A stretch of DNA of 63,879 nt, filler included, from Octopus bimaculoides (taxonomy: Eukaryota): assembly GCF_001194135.2 (NCBI RefSeq). It is 6 parts of 5 records of this genome, joined end to end, with 100 filler letters (N's around TTAATTAATTAA, not from the genome) between each part and the next. Parts side by side here need not be neighbours in the genome. Positions count along the whole stretch, not along the records: positions 1 to 13,312 come from NC_068987.1; 5 more parts are not named here. One strand, given 5' to 3'. Below are positions 1 through 12,719 of the stretch, one piece after another. The translations under genes and the position numbers were made by a program. Under the pieces are notes generated by a model that saw only the letters and a list, made by a program, of their open reading frames with translations, did no database searches and was not told the DNA's origin. Position 1 is the first letter of the stretch. The number at the start of each line of letters is the position of its first letter.

Positions 1-334
1 TATATATATATATATATATATATTTAAACTTCAAGAAATCGGCTACTGAAGCATTGTTAAGTCTGACAGTGTTCACGTCCAGTGTTTCCCTGACATGCCA
101 ATAAGGAAGCGCAGCATCCTGATTATTATCAACTTAGAAATATAGTCGCAGTACAATATTATAGATGGATTACGTCTCCGATTTTGTTTCATATTTAATG
201 TTTACTTCTTGAGGACGAGCCACTAGCAATAGACATCACATCTCAAGTGAGAGATGTTAAGGAGTTAACAAAGCGTATATGTTTTAAGACGCTTTCTCCG
301 AAGTCTGAGTCTTCAGTACAATCATTGTAAACCT

Positions 335-471
335 CTTCCAGTTTCCGTCTACTATATCCACAGAAAAGGCCTTGGTCGTGCCGAGGTTATAGCAGAAGAC
401 ACTTGCTCAAGGTGCCACATGGTTGAGAACCATGTGGTTGGGAAGCAGGCATTTTACCACACAGCCATTCC
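335..471 (-). mobile_element. SINE family 1 (tRNA-derived, CORE-like), head fragment
   Basis: Reverse complement of the family head seen intact at 38423-38890 (...gaagacacttgctcaaggtgccac...aaccatgtggttgggaagc...ttaccacacagcc). Confidence 0.8.
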
Positions 472-2163
472 TACAGTATATTTTTAAACATTGTATCTAG
501 TGGTTTATGAAATTGAGTAAGCGATGCCTTATATTTCGCTAATCTGGAGGTCAGAGTAAACGAAGGTGATGGTTGTGGGTTGCAGCTACCAACATTTTCA
601 CTAATATCAAAGTTTGGTCTCTCTTATTAGTTACTCACTTCATTAGTTGTTTTTTTTTCCTAGCAAGGTTAAGTAAACATCTTGAAAAATTTATAAGACT
701 ACTCATTGTTTTTGGTGGCTGGATATTGTTGTTGTTTTAGTTGTCTATCCTGTAATTCGGATGTAATCAGGCAGAACGTTGATCAGAGTTATTCGAACCA
801 TAATTATATTATGTTATTGACATCAAAAACTATACGATCTGTGTGCATACATCGTTACAGTTAAATACACTCTGATATGAGGGAGATTGGTTTGTTATCT
901 CTAGCAAAGCATGCAACCATATACAGAATCGCCCACTGCATATGTAAATAAAAACTGATGGTTAGGAAAATACTTATCGTCTATAAATCTAATAGAAACG
1001 CTCATGAAGACTGCAATTTCGTGAGTGAACTAGTATTTGCGAGAGTCCTTCGCCACTTAGAAGAATTTTTAGCACAATATATTTTCAGGGTCTTTGAATA
1101 TATTTTGAAGATGTACTCATCTGGCAAACAGCCTGATTTTAAAAAAGGATCGGAGACAACCACATCACGCGACAAACATATCCACATGCGTACTTGCATA
1201 CACGCATAAAAACGAAAGTGTGCACACACAACTACATATAGATACAAATATACAAGCACAAACACAAACACACACGCACAAATACAAACACGCACAAGTA
1301 AAAGCATGCACACACACTTTCAAAGGATGTTTTCGAATACGTTGTGTCAACTCAGATGCACAATATCTATCTCATTACAAATCTCGCCCTTTTCATCACT
1401 ATGGACAATCGGGCATACAACGGCAATTTTGAACACACACACACACACACACATATTAACGCATATATGTGTGTGTTTGTTTGTGTGTGTGTATATGTAT
1501 GCATGCATCATGCATGTGTGTGTAAATATACATAGCTTGTGGACATGCATGTGTGCGTACTGTTGCATAAAATGTACGGCCATCTATGTACATTGATTGA
1601 ATGGATTAAGAACATACCAGCAGTTTGAATCCCTGTTTGCGCAGCCTTTACCGATCTATTATTATTCTCAATGGAGAAGCTAAGGTTAGCGAGACGGGAA
1701 AGACGAACAGTTCCTCAAACAATATAGTATTATTTAATTTGAAACAATAGGAGGAGAAAAGACCCCAGAGGCAGAGTCATTGCATTTCTAGAAATGCAAG
1801 GCCATTTATTCAGCCAGTCCGGAATATCTGTCAGAATAACAAGATATTGTAAACGTACTAGTATCTCATGTTGGTATTATTGAGAAACTAATGAGATTTT
1901 AGTCAGTTAACAAATGCATTACACATGGATAATGTAACTCTCTCTCTCAGATATGGTAGTAGCAATTTTAAAAGGAATATTCTTAGGAGTATGATGGTAT
2001 CATTTCCAGCGCCATAGTGTGTCTAGTTATTTCACTTTGGGTCATAAAGAGGAATATCGATTCTGCCAATACAGAGTAGAAAACTGACGTGCAACCAAAT
2101 ACCAGTATCGTATTCATACAATGAAAGAAAGCGAGAGCATCGACTATAAGCATTATTATTATT

Positions 2164-2372
2164 AAGGCTGAGAGTTGGCAGTAACGTTAGCACACCGAGC
2201 AAAATGCTTGGCGGTATTTCGTTCGTCCTTACATTCTAAGTTCAAATTCAACCTAGGTCGACTTTACCTTTCGGGGTCGATGAAATAAGTACCAATTACG
2301 CACTGGGGTTGATGTAATCGACTAGATCCCTCCCACCAAATTTTAGGCCTTGTGCCTATAGCATAAAGAAAT
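2164..2372 (+). mobile_element. SINE family 2 (tRNA-derived), first of a tandem pair
   Basis: Head aaggctgagagttggcag..gttagcac, B-box-like agttcaaatt, central gtcgactttacctttcggggtcgatgaaataagtacc, tail ggccttgtgcc; ATT flanks. Confidence 0.85.
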
Positions 2373-2375
2373 ATT

Positions 2376-2593
2376 AAGGCGGCCAGCTTTAAGAGGCGTT
2401 AGCACACCGGACAAAATGCTTAGTGATATTTCGACCGTCTTTACTCTCTGGAGTTCAAATTCCGCTCAGGTCAATTTTGCCTTTCGTTCTTTCGGGGTCG
2501 ATAAAAAGAGTATTACTTGAGCACTGGGGTCGATGTAATCGATTTACCCCTCACCCTAAAATACTGGCCTTGTACCAAAATTTGAAATTTCTT

Positions 2594-2598
<5 letters not shown>
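2376..2598 (+). mobile_element. SINE family 2, second tandem copy
   Basis: Same head, central box and tail as 2164-2372; runs into (ATT)n. Confidence 0.85.

Positions 2599-2674
<76 letters not shown>
2599..2674. repeat. (ATT)n microsatellite
   Basis: About 25 near-perfect ATT units; source of the poly-Y/I/L ORFs. Confidence 0.98.
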
Positions 2675-2777
2675 CGCCTAGCTGGAGTGTGCTTCGTTTT
2701 CGTGATTATTTTCGTTAAAAAGTTGCTTCTTCCAAGTCTTCCCCAGGTTCCTTTTGTTCCATTCCAGCGATGTTTCT

Positions 2778-2778
2778 A

Positions 2779-2849
<71 letters not shown>

Positions 2850-2860
2850 GTTATCATTAT
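2778..2860. repeat. (ATT)n microsatellite
   Basis: Direct reading. Confidence 0.98.
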
Positions 2861-3400
2861 CGCATCAAAGTGACACTGGGGTACAAATATACGAAGCCCA
2901 GTATACTCATCATGACTACCCGTCTGATAAGGGTACACTAGGCACATGCATCACCACCATTTGTGCGTGACATGGTGTTCTCATACCAAGATAAACAGCG
3001 CATGAGCTTGCAGATGGAGCCCAGTCAAAATTTACCTCAGATCGAGTTGCCCCTCCTGCTAAATTGGTCTTTAAATACGGGTTGTTTGAGGATGTTGAAC
3101 GAAACAGCCAAGCTTCGAAAGGTGAATTATCAAAACCCGCAAAAATTCCTCTCAACACATGGCTATGATGCTCCCCCACTACTTCAGCTCGTGATCAGAG
3201 ATGCACATATCGTCAGCCACTAAGAGACATGTTGTTCAACTAGTTAAGGTCAAACAACTGACAAGGAAATCTGTGGCACTGAGCAGAATATTTGCTGTAG
3301 CCCATCTTTTATACCAAGATAAAACAATGTACATGATAACACTTCCAATCAGATAACATCAGAAGCCATGACAGCCACTGCCTAGTACTGCATCACAGCA
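2861..3400 (-). mobile_element. ~540-bp non-coding interspersed repeat flanked by (AAT)n at both ends
   Basis: Its ends recur in the opposite orientation at 33632-33691 and 33983-34215, again next to (AAT)n. No tRNA head or ORF; orientation is inferred. Confidence 0.7.
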
Positions 3401-3401
3401 T

Positions 3402-3429
3402 GTTGTTATTATTATTATTATCATTATTA

Positions 3430-3482
<53 letters not shown>

Positions 3483-3526
3483 GTTGTTGGTGTTGTTGTT
3501 GTTGTTGTTATTATCATTATTATTAT
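3402..3526. repeat. (ATT)n/(GTT)n compound microsatellite
   Basis: Direct reading; forms the 3' tail/target of the adjacent LINE on the minus strand. Confidence 0.97.
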
Positions 3527-4815
3527 CTCTTTGTCACAGGTTTTGTTGAAAACCCTGGAATCTTGCCAGTGTAGCAGGCTTACTACCTCGAGCCGACGGT
3601 ACCATGCACTTCGCTCTTCAACTATCGAACATTTTCCTGATTATTGTGGCCATGCGAAGGAGGCAAATTTTCTGTAAAAGTTCTACTGGGCACTCTGTTA
3701 CAAATTCTTCTATATTCCTCTTGATGACTTCTGATATTGTTGCCACGGACCAAACAATAATTCACTTTCTTCATTTTCCATAGCCTGTCTATTTCGTACT
3801 TAAAAGGGTTGTATCTATTTATCTTTCCGCCTTCATAACTATTCGTGTGTCACAGGGGCATACGACATCAACTATATGACATGTGGTGTACGCTATGTGG
3901 TCATGTCACCACAACTTGTAGTACTTTTGGGCAAGTCTAGGGCTTTCGTTCGTAATATGGGCATTGGTTTCATCCACTCTATTGCAGATGCGGCACAGCA
4001 GAGACACTTCTTCATTCTTAACTTTCGTGGCCAAAGCTCTATCCTGCGCTGCCATTATACTGCTCCCGGTCCCTTTATTTAGGGTTCCTTTCATCAGCCA
4101 ACCCACCTATTTTTCCAGCAAGTTCTGTTGTGGCTACATAGAATTGNNNNNNNNNNNNNNNNNNNNNNNNNNNNNNNNNNNNNNNNNNNNNNNNNNNNNN
4201 NNNNNNNNNNNNNNNNNNNNNNNNNNNNNNNNNNNNNNNNNNNNNNNNNNNNNNNNNNNNNNNNNNNNNNNNNNNNNNNNNNNTCATCCACTCTATTGCA
4301 GATGCGGCACAGCAGAGACACTTCTTCATTCTTAAGGTTCGTGGCCAAAGCTCTATCCTGCGCTGCCATTATACTGCTCCCGGTCCCTTTATTTAGGGTT
4401 CCTTTCATCAGCCAACCCACCTATTTTTCCAGCAAGTTCTGTTGTGGCTACATAGAATTGATTGTGTAGTCCCTTCTTGCGTAATTTTTCTTCGTGTCCT
4501 TTTTGTACTTTTTCCTTTATTTTCTCTTTTTTCTGTGCTCTCACTAATCCCGCATTCCTAACTGACACTAGCAAGGTTTCCTTACTTTGGTCTAGGTATC
4601 TCATTAAGCTCTTGAGTTCGATATGCACGCAGTCTTCCACGCAGTCCCTTTCCTCCATTTGCTCTCTTCCTATATAAGCGTTCAGTGTCTGCACGTGCAT
4701 TATGAGCTCCATGCATCGTTAGGAGTTTTCTTGACTTCCTGTCCACTCCTTTAGTTCCTCCTCTGTCCACTTCAGGATTCCAGCATCATAAAGAACTACT
4801 GTGACTGCTCGTGAG
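3527..4815 (-). mobile_element. R4/Dong-clade non-LTR retrotransposon, 3' relic (RT C-terminus, CCHC knuckle, RLE region), frameshifted
   Basis: Minus-strand peptides VDRKSRKLLTMHGAHNARADTERLYRKRANGGKGL, WLMKGTLNKGTGSSIMAAQDRALAT...CRICNRVDETNAHI, VDVVCPCDTRI, KYEIDRLWKMKKV and LLQKICLLRMATIIRKMF* match recalled R4/Dong ORF motifs; ends in (AAT)n. Confidence 0.85.
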
Positions 4816-5234
4816 TTTATTGCCGAATTTTTGTTTCTGAAATGGAAACAATTTCACGTGCACTTTGCAAAACAATGTATAAAAGAAACGAAATAGTTTA
4901 CATATATTTTCCTCTCTTACATGAAACATGGATGAATCATCAACAGCTAAACTACTTATATACGTCAGACAGTTATTTCTTTATAATAGCAGCTTGATGA
5001 TTAACAATAAGGTGAAAATATTCTCTTCAGATGTGGAGTTTTGTCAACTATAACTTTAAACCTCATGCTATCCAATACTGTCGACATTTACATTAATTTG
5101 TTCCTAAAAAGGGAGTCAAAAAATTTGCCAAATTTTACCCAAAAACCCTATGCGTATATCTATATCTATAACTATATCTATCTACACACACACACACACA
5201 CACATACACACACGCACACACACAGACACACGCA

Positions 5235-5425
5235 TTCTTTTACTTGTTTCAGTCATTTGACTGCAGCCACGCTGGAGCAAACCTTTAGTTGAACAAATCG
5301 ACCTCAGAACTCTTTCTTTGTAAGCCTTGTACTTATTCTATCGGTATCTTTTGCGAAACCGCTAAGGAGGACGTAAACACACCAACATCGACTGTCGAGC
5401 GATGGTGGGGGTCAAACACACACAA

Positions 5426-5468
<43 letters not shown>

Positions 5469-5636
5469 GATACATACGACGGACTTCTTTCAGTTTCTGT
5501 CTAACCAATCCACACACAAGGCTTTGGTCCGCCCGAGGCTATAGAAGAAGACACTGGCCCAAGGTGCTACGCATTGGGAGAGAACCCGAGACCATGTGGT
5601 TGGGAAGCAAGTTTTTTACCACACAGTCACGCTGCG
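5235..5636 (-). mobile_element. SINE family 1, near full-length, internal (CA)n
   Basis: Tail ttcttttacttgtttcagtcatttgactgc, body, internal microsatellite, CORE-like box and head all present. Confidence 0.9.
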
Positions 5637-5639
5637 ATA

Positions 5640-6068
5640 TATAGCCGCCCTTCGGGCGGCATTCGCGCAGGCCCATGCGGAGGGCACCTTCGAGGCCTTC
5701 AGTCCTACTATCGGGCCACTTCGCGGCCCTCTACCCTTGTGTAATGAAACTTATTTCTGCAAATATGCTAAGCACTAGTGCTGATCATAGTTTAATCAAT
5801 AAGCGTAGGAGTGAGGTAAATGCAGTAAAAATGGGGGGTGGGTTCAGTTGGGCTTCATTTAAGAGGCCTTCTGGAAATTGAACCTCCTTATGGCACTCTC
5901 TGGAAAACAATGGTATGAAATTCATTGTCATTGCTTCGATTTGGTCTCCAACGCCATGTATTTAGTTTAAAATGCATTAAAAAATGAGCAATGAGTCTAG
6001 ACGCCATATTTCGGGAGTTTTTGCTCCTTTATCAGCACCCATCTAACCTTTTAATAATCTACAGAATA
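5640..6068. mobile_element. Putative non-autonomous rolling-circle (Helitron/DINE-like) element with terminal GC-rich hairpins
   Basis: Begins tagccgcccttcgggcggc (hairpin with TTCG loop) followed by two more TTCG-centred hairpins; GC-rich island in AT-rich DNA. Class is inferred from architecture only. Confidence 0.3.
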
Positions 6069-6724
6069 TCGAAAGAGATAGCCTTAACAATTGATGTAAA
6101 TAGCACTAATAACACAGTTGAACAAAATATTGTCTTAATATCCTATATTATGGTAGCAAAACGTTCAATATACTTTACCGTATATTATGATTGTATAACG
6201 AAATACCGTGTGCCTACCAATCATTAACATACGTAGATATATACATGCATACCTACACTCTTACATATGAAGACTAGAGTAAGATATGGTACAAAATATA
6301 TACACTGAAAAAATATATATGAATATACACACGCACGTGTATGTATTCATTGAATATTTTAATACTCATTTCTTTTCTCTCACGGTTTTGACGTAGGTTC
6401 ATTTCTAATATAATGAGTTTCAATAGGTTTGAACTTTTTGTCGTCATAGGCTGTGTTACTCAAAGATGGCTATATGATCGAATAGAAAATTCAGACTAAC
6501 TGTCATTCATTTCCCAACTTAAAATAATAGAGTTTGCCAATTATCACTTCTTACTGCTTGGCAGGTAAAACCATCTGAAACACAAGTGGATAAATTTTGG
6601 AAATATATCTCCAAAATATGGTTATAGTGGCATAGAAGCTAATATGCCCATTTTCTCATTATATTCACTCGGATACTTAAAGAACCTCTGTTATTTTCGC
6701 ACAAAGTCAGCAAATATGATAGTG

Positions 6725-6905
6725 GGGAAGTTGGTACATAAGTGGTACTTATTTAGTACACAACTGGTACTTATTTACTTGATTCTGAAAGAATTAAAAG
6801 CAAATTCGACCTCGGTGGAAATTGAACTCAGAGCGTAAAAACGGACTAAATACCGCTAAGCATTTTGTCCGGAGTGTTAACGATTCTGCCAGCTCACCCG
6901 CCTTA
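6725..6905 (-). mobile_element. SINE family 2
   Basis: Reverse complement of the head (cgattctgccagctcacccgcctt) and central box. Confidence 0.8.
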
Positions 6906-7719
6906 AGATCTTTAATTACGAAAACCTTTCATTACATATTCATAAAATTATTTTAAAGGCGAGCGAAATAAGAAATGTAACACAAAATAGATCTCCAAGT
7001 GTATAAGTTGTACAATAAACAGCAATGACTAATCTAAAGAGAAATCCACACCGTTGACTCAGGATGGCACAAGCTTGAAATGAAATATATCTACATCGTT
7101 CACTATTTTAAACTAATTTGATTTATTCTAATTTTCCCGAATGAAATTCAGCGAACACGAAACATTGAATTTAGTTTTAAATGTGGAATCATTTTTAAAT
7201 AAAACACTCAATGAAACGGACACTTTATATACTACCAGTAAGCACATGTGACTTTGCAATCAGAATCTTGTTTCTTATCAGATCTATTTTTGAATAAGAT
7301 AAATATATTCTTCGTACTCATAAGTAAATTCCGTAACAATATATCAAAGTATTTCTTGAAATCTTCTCTCTTACACCATTTTACATTGATACAGCGTTTC
7401 TTATCTGTATAAGGAGCCGATGCTGTGAAGTCCACTTTGAATTATATCTATATCTATATTTCAGCGTATCACAAGGAGTTGGAAGCTGTTTGCTGAATAT
7501 TTTCAAGATTGTTTATTTTCGATTACATATATACATTCACTTATTGGGATTTTTCCCGTTGTGAATATTTGTTCATGAATCATATACATCTATGGAAAAC
7601 TGTTTTATATTACCGCATAGGAATTTTGAATCTGATAAATGATGTAAAGCAAAAATATAATCTTCCTTTTAGGTAAGGAAATAAAACAGTAGTTGTTTTT
7701 ATCTTTTCTTTCATTTTAT

Positions 7720-7865
7720 ACAGTCATTGGACCGATTTAGTCGAACAAATCGAAAACTGGCACTTATTCAATCGGTGTCTTTTGCCGAACCATTATTTTG
7801 AAGGGACGTATGCAAACCAACACTGGTTGTCAAGCAGTAGAAGAGAAACACAAAGACACACGAAG
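7720..7865 (-). mobile_element. SINE family 1, tail half
   Basis: cagtcattggac...ttagtcgaacaaatcga...tatcggtgtcttttgccgaacc...ggttgtcaagc. Confidence 0.75.
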
Positions 7866-8027
7866 ATGCAGTCGGAAATACACACATACACACATACACA
7901 CATACATACATACATACATACATGCGTGCATGCATACATACATACATACATACATGCATACATACATGCATACATATATATATATTTATATATATTAATA
8001 CTTCATTTAGAGAATTAACATTGCTTA

Positions 8028-8062
<35 letters not shown>

Positions 8063-8848
8063 NNNNNNNNNNNNNNNNNNNNNNNNNNNNNNNNNNNNNN
8101 NNNNNNNNNNNNNNNNNNNNNNNNNNNNNNNNNNNNNNNNNNNNNNNNNNNNNNNNNNNNNNNNNNNNNNNNNNNNNNNNNNNNNNNNNNNNNNNNNNNN
8201 NNNNNNNNNNNNNNNNNNNNNNNNNNNNNNNNNNNNNNNNNNNNNNNNNNNNNNNNNNNNNNNNNNNNNNNNNNNNNNNNNNNNNNNNNNNNNNNNNNNN
8301 NNNNNNNNNNNNNNNNNNNNNNNNNNNNNNNNNNNNNNNNNNNNNNNNNNNNNNNNNNNNNNNNNNNNNNNNNNNNNNNNNNNNNNNNNNNNNNNNNNNN
8401 NNNNNNNNNNNNNNNNNNNNNNNNNNNNNNNNNNNNNNNNNNNNNNNNNNNNNNNNNNNNNNNNNNNNNNNNNNNNNNNNNNNNNNNNNNNNNNNNNNNN
8501 NNNNNNNNNNNNNNNNNNNNNNNNNNNNNNNNNNNNNNNNNNNNNNNNNNNNNNNNNNNNNNNNNNNNNNNNNNNNNNNNNNNNNNNNNNNNNNNNNNNN
8601 NNNNNNNNNNNNNNNNNNNNNNNNNNNNNNNNNNNNNNNNNNNNNNNNNNNNNNNNNNNNNNNNNNNNNNNNNNNNNNNNNNNNNNNNNNNNNNNNNNNN
8701 NNNNNNNNNNNNNNNNNNNNNNNNNNNNNNNNNNNNNNNNNNNNNNNNNNNNNNNNNNNNNNNNNNNNNNNNNNNNNNNNNNNNNNNNNNNNNNNNNNNN
8801 NNNNNNNNNNNNNNNNNNNNNNNNTTAGCAATTAAAAAAAAAAAAAAA

Positions 8849-9066
8849 ACGTTAACAGATATAACGTCAAAGGCAGTTTATAGAAAGAGAATGAGGAGCA
8901 AGAAAGAAATTAAAAGAAAACTAATAGTGGATATATGTAGCGGAAGCAAGCTTTAATACTATTCACCTATCGCTCTATATCTCTCCACTATTAGTTTTCT
9001 TCTAATTTCTTTCTTTCTCCTCGTTCTCTTTCTATAAACTGCTTTTGACGTTATATCTATTAACAT
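8849..9066. repeat. Long inverted repeat / foldback (MITE-like), ~83-bp arms
   Basis: 8849-8931 versus the reverse complement of 8984-9066 differ at about 6 positions; ~50-nt spacer. Confidence 0.9.
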
Positions 9067-11250
9067 TTAAACAAAAAACTTGCTAGCGTTCCTTTCATCA
9101 TATACGCAGTCATCACATTCTGTTGAAATGTCTTATTGATGTGTTTGGTTTCTTTATTTCCCTGATAAGAAAATTGCATTGTTTTACATCATTTTATTCT
9201 TTCTGGAATAATACCAATGCTTTCTTCGAAACATATGTCGGAAGTAAACATATTTAAATAACACCTGCGTTTAACTCTATTAATTTATTCATCTATGTTA
9301 TTTAAAAACATTTCACCAAATCCAGAATTCCTACCTTTATAAGTAAGCTGTTACATCCCTGGTTCTTGTGTAAATTTTTGCTACCCTGGTAACGATAAAA
9401 TTTTTCTTCCATGTTATTTGTACACATTGAAAAAGTACACATTTATCTATCTATCTATCTCTCTCTCTCTCTCTNNNNNNNNNNNNNNNNNNNNNNNNNN
9501 NNNNNNNNNNNNNNNNNNNNNNNNNNNNNNNNNNNNNNNNNNNNNNNNNNNNNNNNNNNNNNNNNNNNNNNNNNNNNNNNNNNNNNNNNNNNNNNNNNNN
9601 NNNNNNNNNNNNNNNNNNNNNNNNNNNNNNNNNNNNNNNNNNNNNNNNNNNNNNNNNNNNNNNNNNNNNNNNNNNNNNNNNNNNNNNNNNNNNNNNNNNN
9701 NNNNNNNNNNNNNNNNNNNNNNNNNNNNNNNNNNNNNNNNNNNNNNNNNNNNNNNNNNNNNNNNNNNNNNNNNNNNNNNNNNNNNNNNNNNNNNNNNNNN
9801 NNNNNNNNNNNNNNNNNNNNNNNNNNNNNNNNNNNNNNNNNNNNNNNNNNNNNNNNNNNNNNNNNNNNNNNNNNNNNNNNNNNNNNNNNNNNNNNNNNNN
9901 NNNNNNNNNNNNNNNNNNNNNNNNNNNNNNNNNNNNNNNNNNNNNNNNNNNNNNNNNNNNNNNNNNNNNNNNNNNNNNNNNNNNNNNNNNNNNNNNNNNN
10001 NNNNNNNNNNNNNNNNNNNNNNNNNNNNNNNNNNNNNNNNNNNNNNNNNNNNNNNNNNNNNNNNNNNNNNNNNNNNNNNNNNNNNNNNNNNNNNNNNNNN
10101 NNNNNNNNNNNNNNNNNNNNNNNNNNNNNNNNNNNNNNNNNNNNNNNNNNNNNNNNNNATATATATATATATATATATAAAGGATAAATTCTTTCATTCA
10201 GTGTATGTCATACAAATCCTACTTTCATGATAATGAAGAAGATCGTAAAAATACGGTAATTGATGATTCTTTACAGCGTGTTGGTCTCAAAAGGCCATAT
10301 ATAATTACAGAATTGAATGTAACGCTATTGCTGCTTTGGAATAATCCTAAATTTAATATTGCCAATATTTATACTCTAGGAAAACTATATGGTTAAGGAA
10401 ATATATTCAGAATTATACAACGGAATATTCCTTTAATTTCTTATCTTATAAGAAGGTTATTGGGTTTATATGTTAGCTGTTGAATAGCATATTTTGAATA
10501 CCTGAGAGCAAACTGGTAATCGTTTTGGGGTAAAATTTTGCGCTACCCGGTGCTTTAATTTTGGTTAACGACTTAACAACCAGCAAGGATGCATAAGCAG
10601 TCAGTCGAAACTTCACAGCACTGTCGTTATTTTTGTACTAGCTATAAAAGTAATAACTTCAGCGTAACATTGCTCAAGGTAGTACTCAGTGGAACTGAAC
10701 GCAAAACCACGTGGTCAGGAAGCAAACTTCTTACCTCACAGGCACACACACTGACACACAGCACGCGCACACAGAAATATATTGATGGCATACATTAGCA
10801 GACAATTAAGTGCAAAAGCCAGAGACGTTGGAGGTTACAAAAAAGACAAAAAAGCAAACAGAAACAGAAGTGATAGGCGTGCAAGAAAAGAAATCTATAA
10901 AAGTCTGTTATCATATCTGAACTACATCATCTATTATTAGAGTTATCTTTTCCCCCAAAGGACAATGATGTCAAAAAGGTTAGCAATGCTGTTTCAATTC
11001 CAGTTTCATTTTGTCATTTTTTTTTATTCAGCAATTTCAATTTTTTTTTTGCCATGTCAGCTTTGTCAGGATCTCAAATATCAGAAGAGATTTTTTGACT
11101 TTTTCATATTTTTCTTATTCGTAAAACACATTTATAAATACAGGCATATGGAGATGTAGGGTATATCTTTGCTTATTTGCATCTCTGCTTACGTGTTTGC
11201 GTATCGTTTGTGTATTGATGAATTTATATATGTATATATTTATATATGTA

Positions 11251-11289
<39 letters not shown>

Positions 11290-12719
11290 NNNNNNNNNNG
11301 ACTGCAGTACGCACGTTTCATGCTACTCCATTTATTTAAGTAATGCGAGTATTACATTAAATGCAATATGTAGAGCAATCTTCATCCGCACAAAAACGTA
11401 GAAAATTACAGTAGAATAGACATATTATAATTTTGGCAACATTTAAAATTCAAGTGGGAAGAAGAATACATAAAGATCCATCTTAACATAGCCAAGGCTA
11501 TCAGGCTAGTAATTAGTTCTAGGTAGAATTGTAACTGTCTCTGATTTTATTGTCTCTTATATAGTAGTTATAGTATAAGGGGCAATCACTTCTAAGTAAA
11601 GAGAATGTATAAGCATTATACATAGATATGGTTATAAAGGTTTCTCTGGTCAGAGTGGCAACACTATTATAGGTTGGGGTTTTTCTACTGCTATCATAAT
11701 GTTGAGGAATTAAACCTTAAGCATTTAGGTCAACAGGGATTTTTCTTTAGTCTGAATAAAGCATCAGTATTGTTTTACATATACTAAGCATGGGAAATTT
11801 ATAGATATCAATATTAGTTTAATTAATATGTTAATAATAAGAAGTATGATAATAATAAAATTATTAATAATAAAAATGTAATGTAATTAGTTTATACAAA
11901 AACTCTGAAGTAGTGTCAATTTTGAATTCAAAGGCTATAGATAAGGTGTAAAGTTTAAGAATATTATATATATTGGGCTCAGGAAACTATTTTGAATTAT
12001 TTAAAAAAATGATTTTAAAATTTAAGCTAATATATATAATAATACTATTTTGAAGACACAAAAGGTAAGCATTATTTTTATAATGTAAAGAAGAATTAGT
12101 ATAGGATTTATATAGTTTATAATAATGAGTTTATTAAGGTTTAAGGGACAAAAAAAAAAGAAAAAAGGAAAAAGAATAGTAGGAATTAACAAGGACATCC
12201 AATATAGTAACATGATAATTGATTACTAGTTTAATTATACTTTCTTATATAGTCATGAACTTGTTTTAAGACTAACATGGGCTAATTAAAGAATATTAAT
12301 GGAATAAGGATTAGATTTATTTTAGGCATAAGCATTAGATTTATTTAAGTCAAAATATAGAATAAACAAGACACTACCACTAGAAGCCCTGAAATAATGA
12401 TATAATAATAAGGATCCTTTTAGAGTCAAGCATTAAATAAAAAAATAAAATTTAAATTTTGGGAACTAATTAAAACATTAAGAACTTATGAAACTTCCTA
12501 TTCTTATAAGCTACCTGGGGTTAAGATACATATTAAGAACTAACAGCAGTAGCAGAAGTAGTGTGAAAAAATACCTTTCATGGAATAAAGTTGAAATCTT
12601 AGTTATCACAAGAAGATTGTATGTTAAGGTGAGAGATCAGAAATATATGTTATAAAGGTTCAATTTCCAATTAAAAATATGTGCTAATTAATAGCCCAAG
12701 ATGAACATGGTAGAGGATG

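Noticed and set aside
283-320. CTGAAGA...GAAAGCGTC hammerhead-like string on minus strand
   Set aside because: Stem II does not close and stem I partners do not pair; at best a very decayed copy.
3970-4460. ~177-bp direct duplication flanking the gap at 4147-4283
   Set aside because: Near-identical overlap on both sides of an N gap (aacttt versus aaggtt); most likely unmerged haplotype contig ends, not a real tandem duplication.
7232-7435. Non-repetitive 60-80 aa ORFs (also 958-1209, 10205-10396, 29259-29570, 39659-39844, 54248-54457, 58794-59045)
   Set aside because: No recognisable domain and no convincing paired splice sites; cannot be supported without a search.
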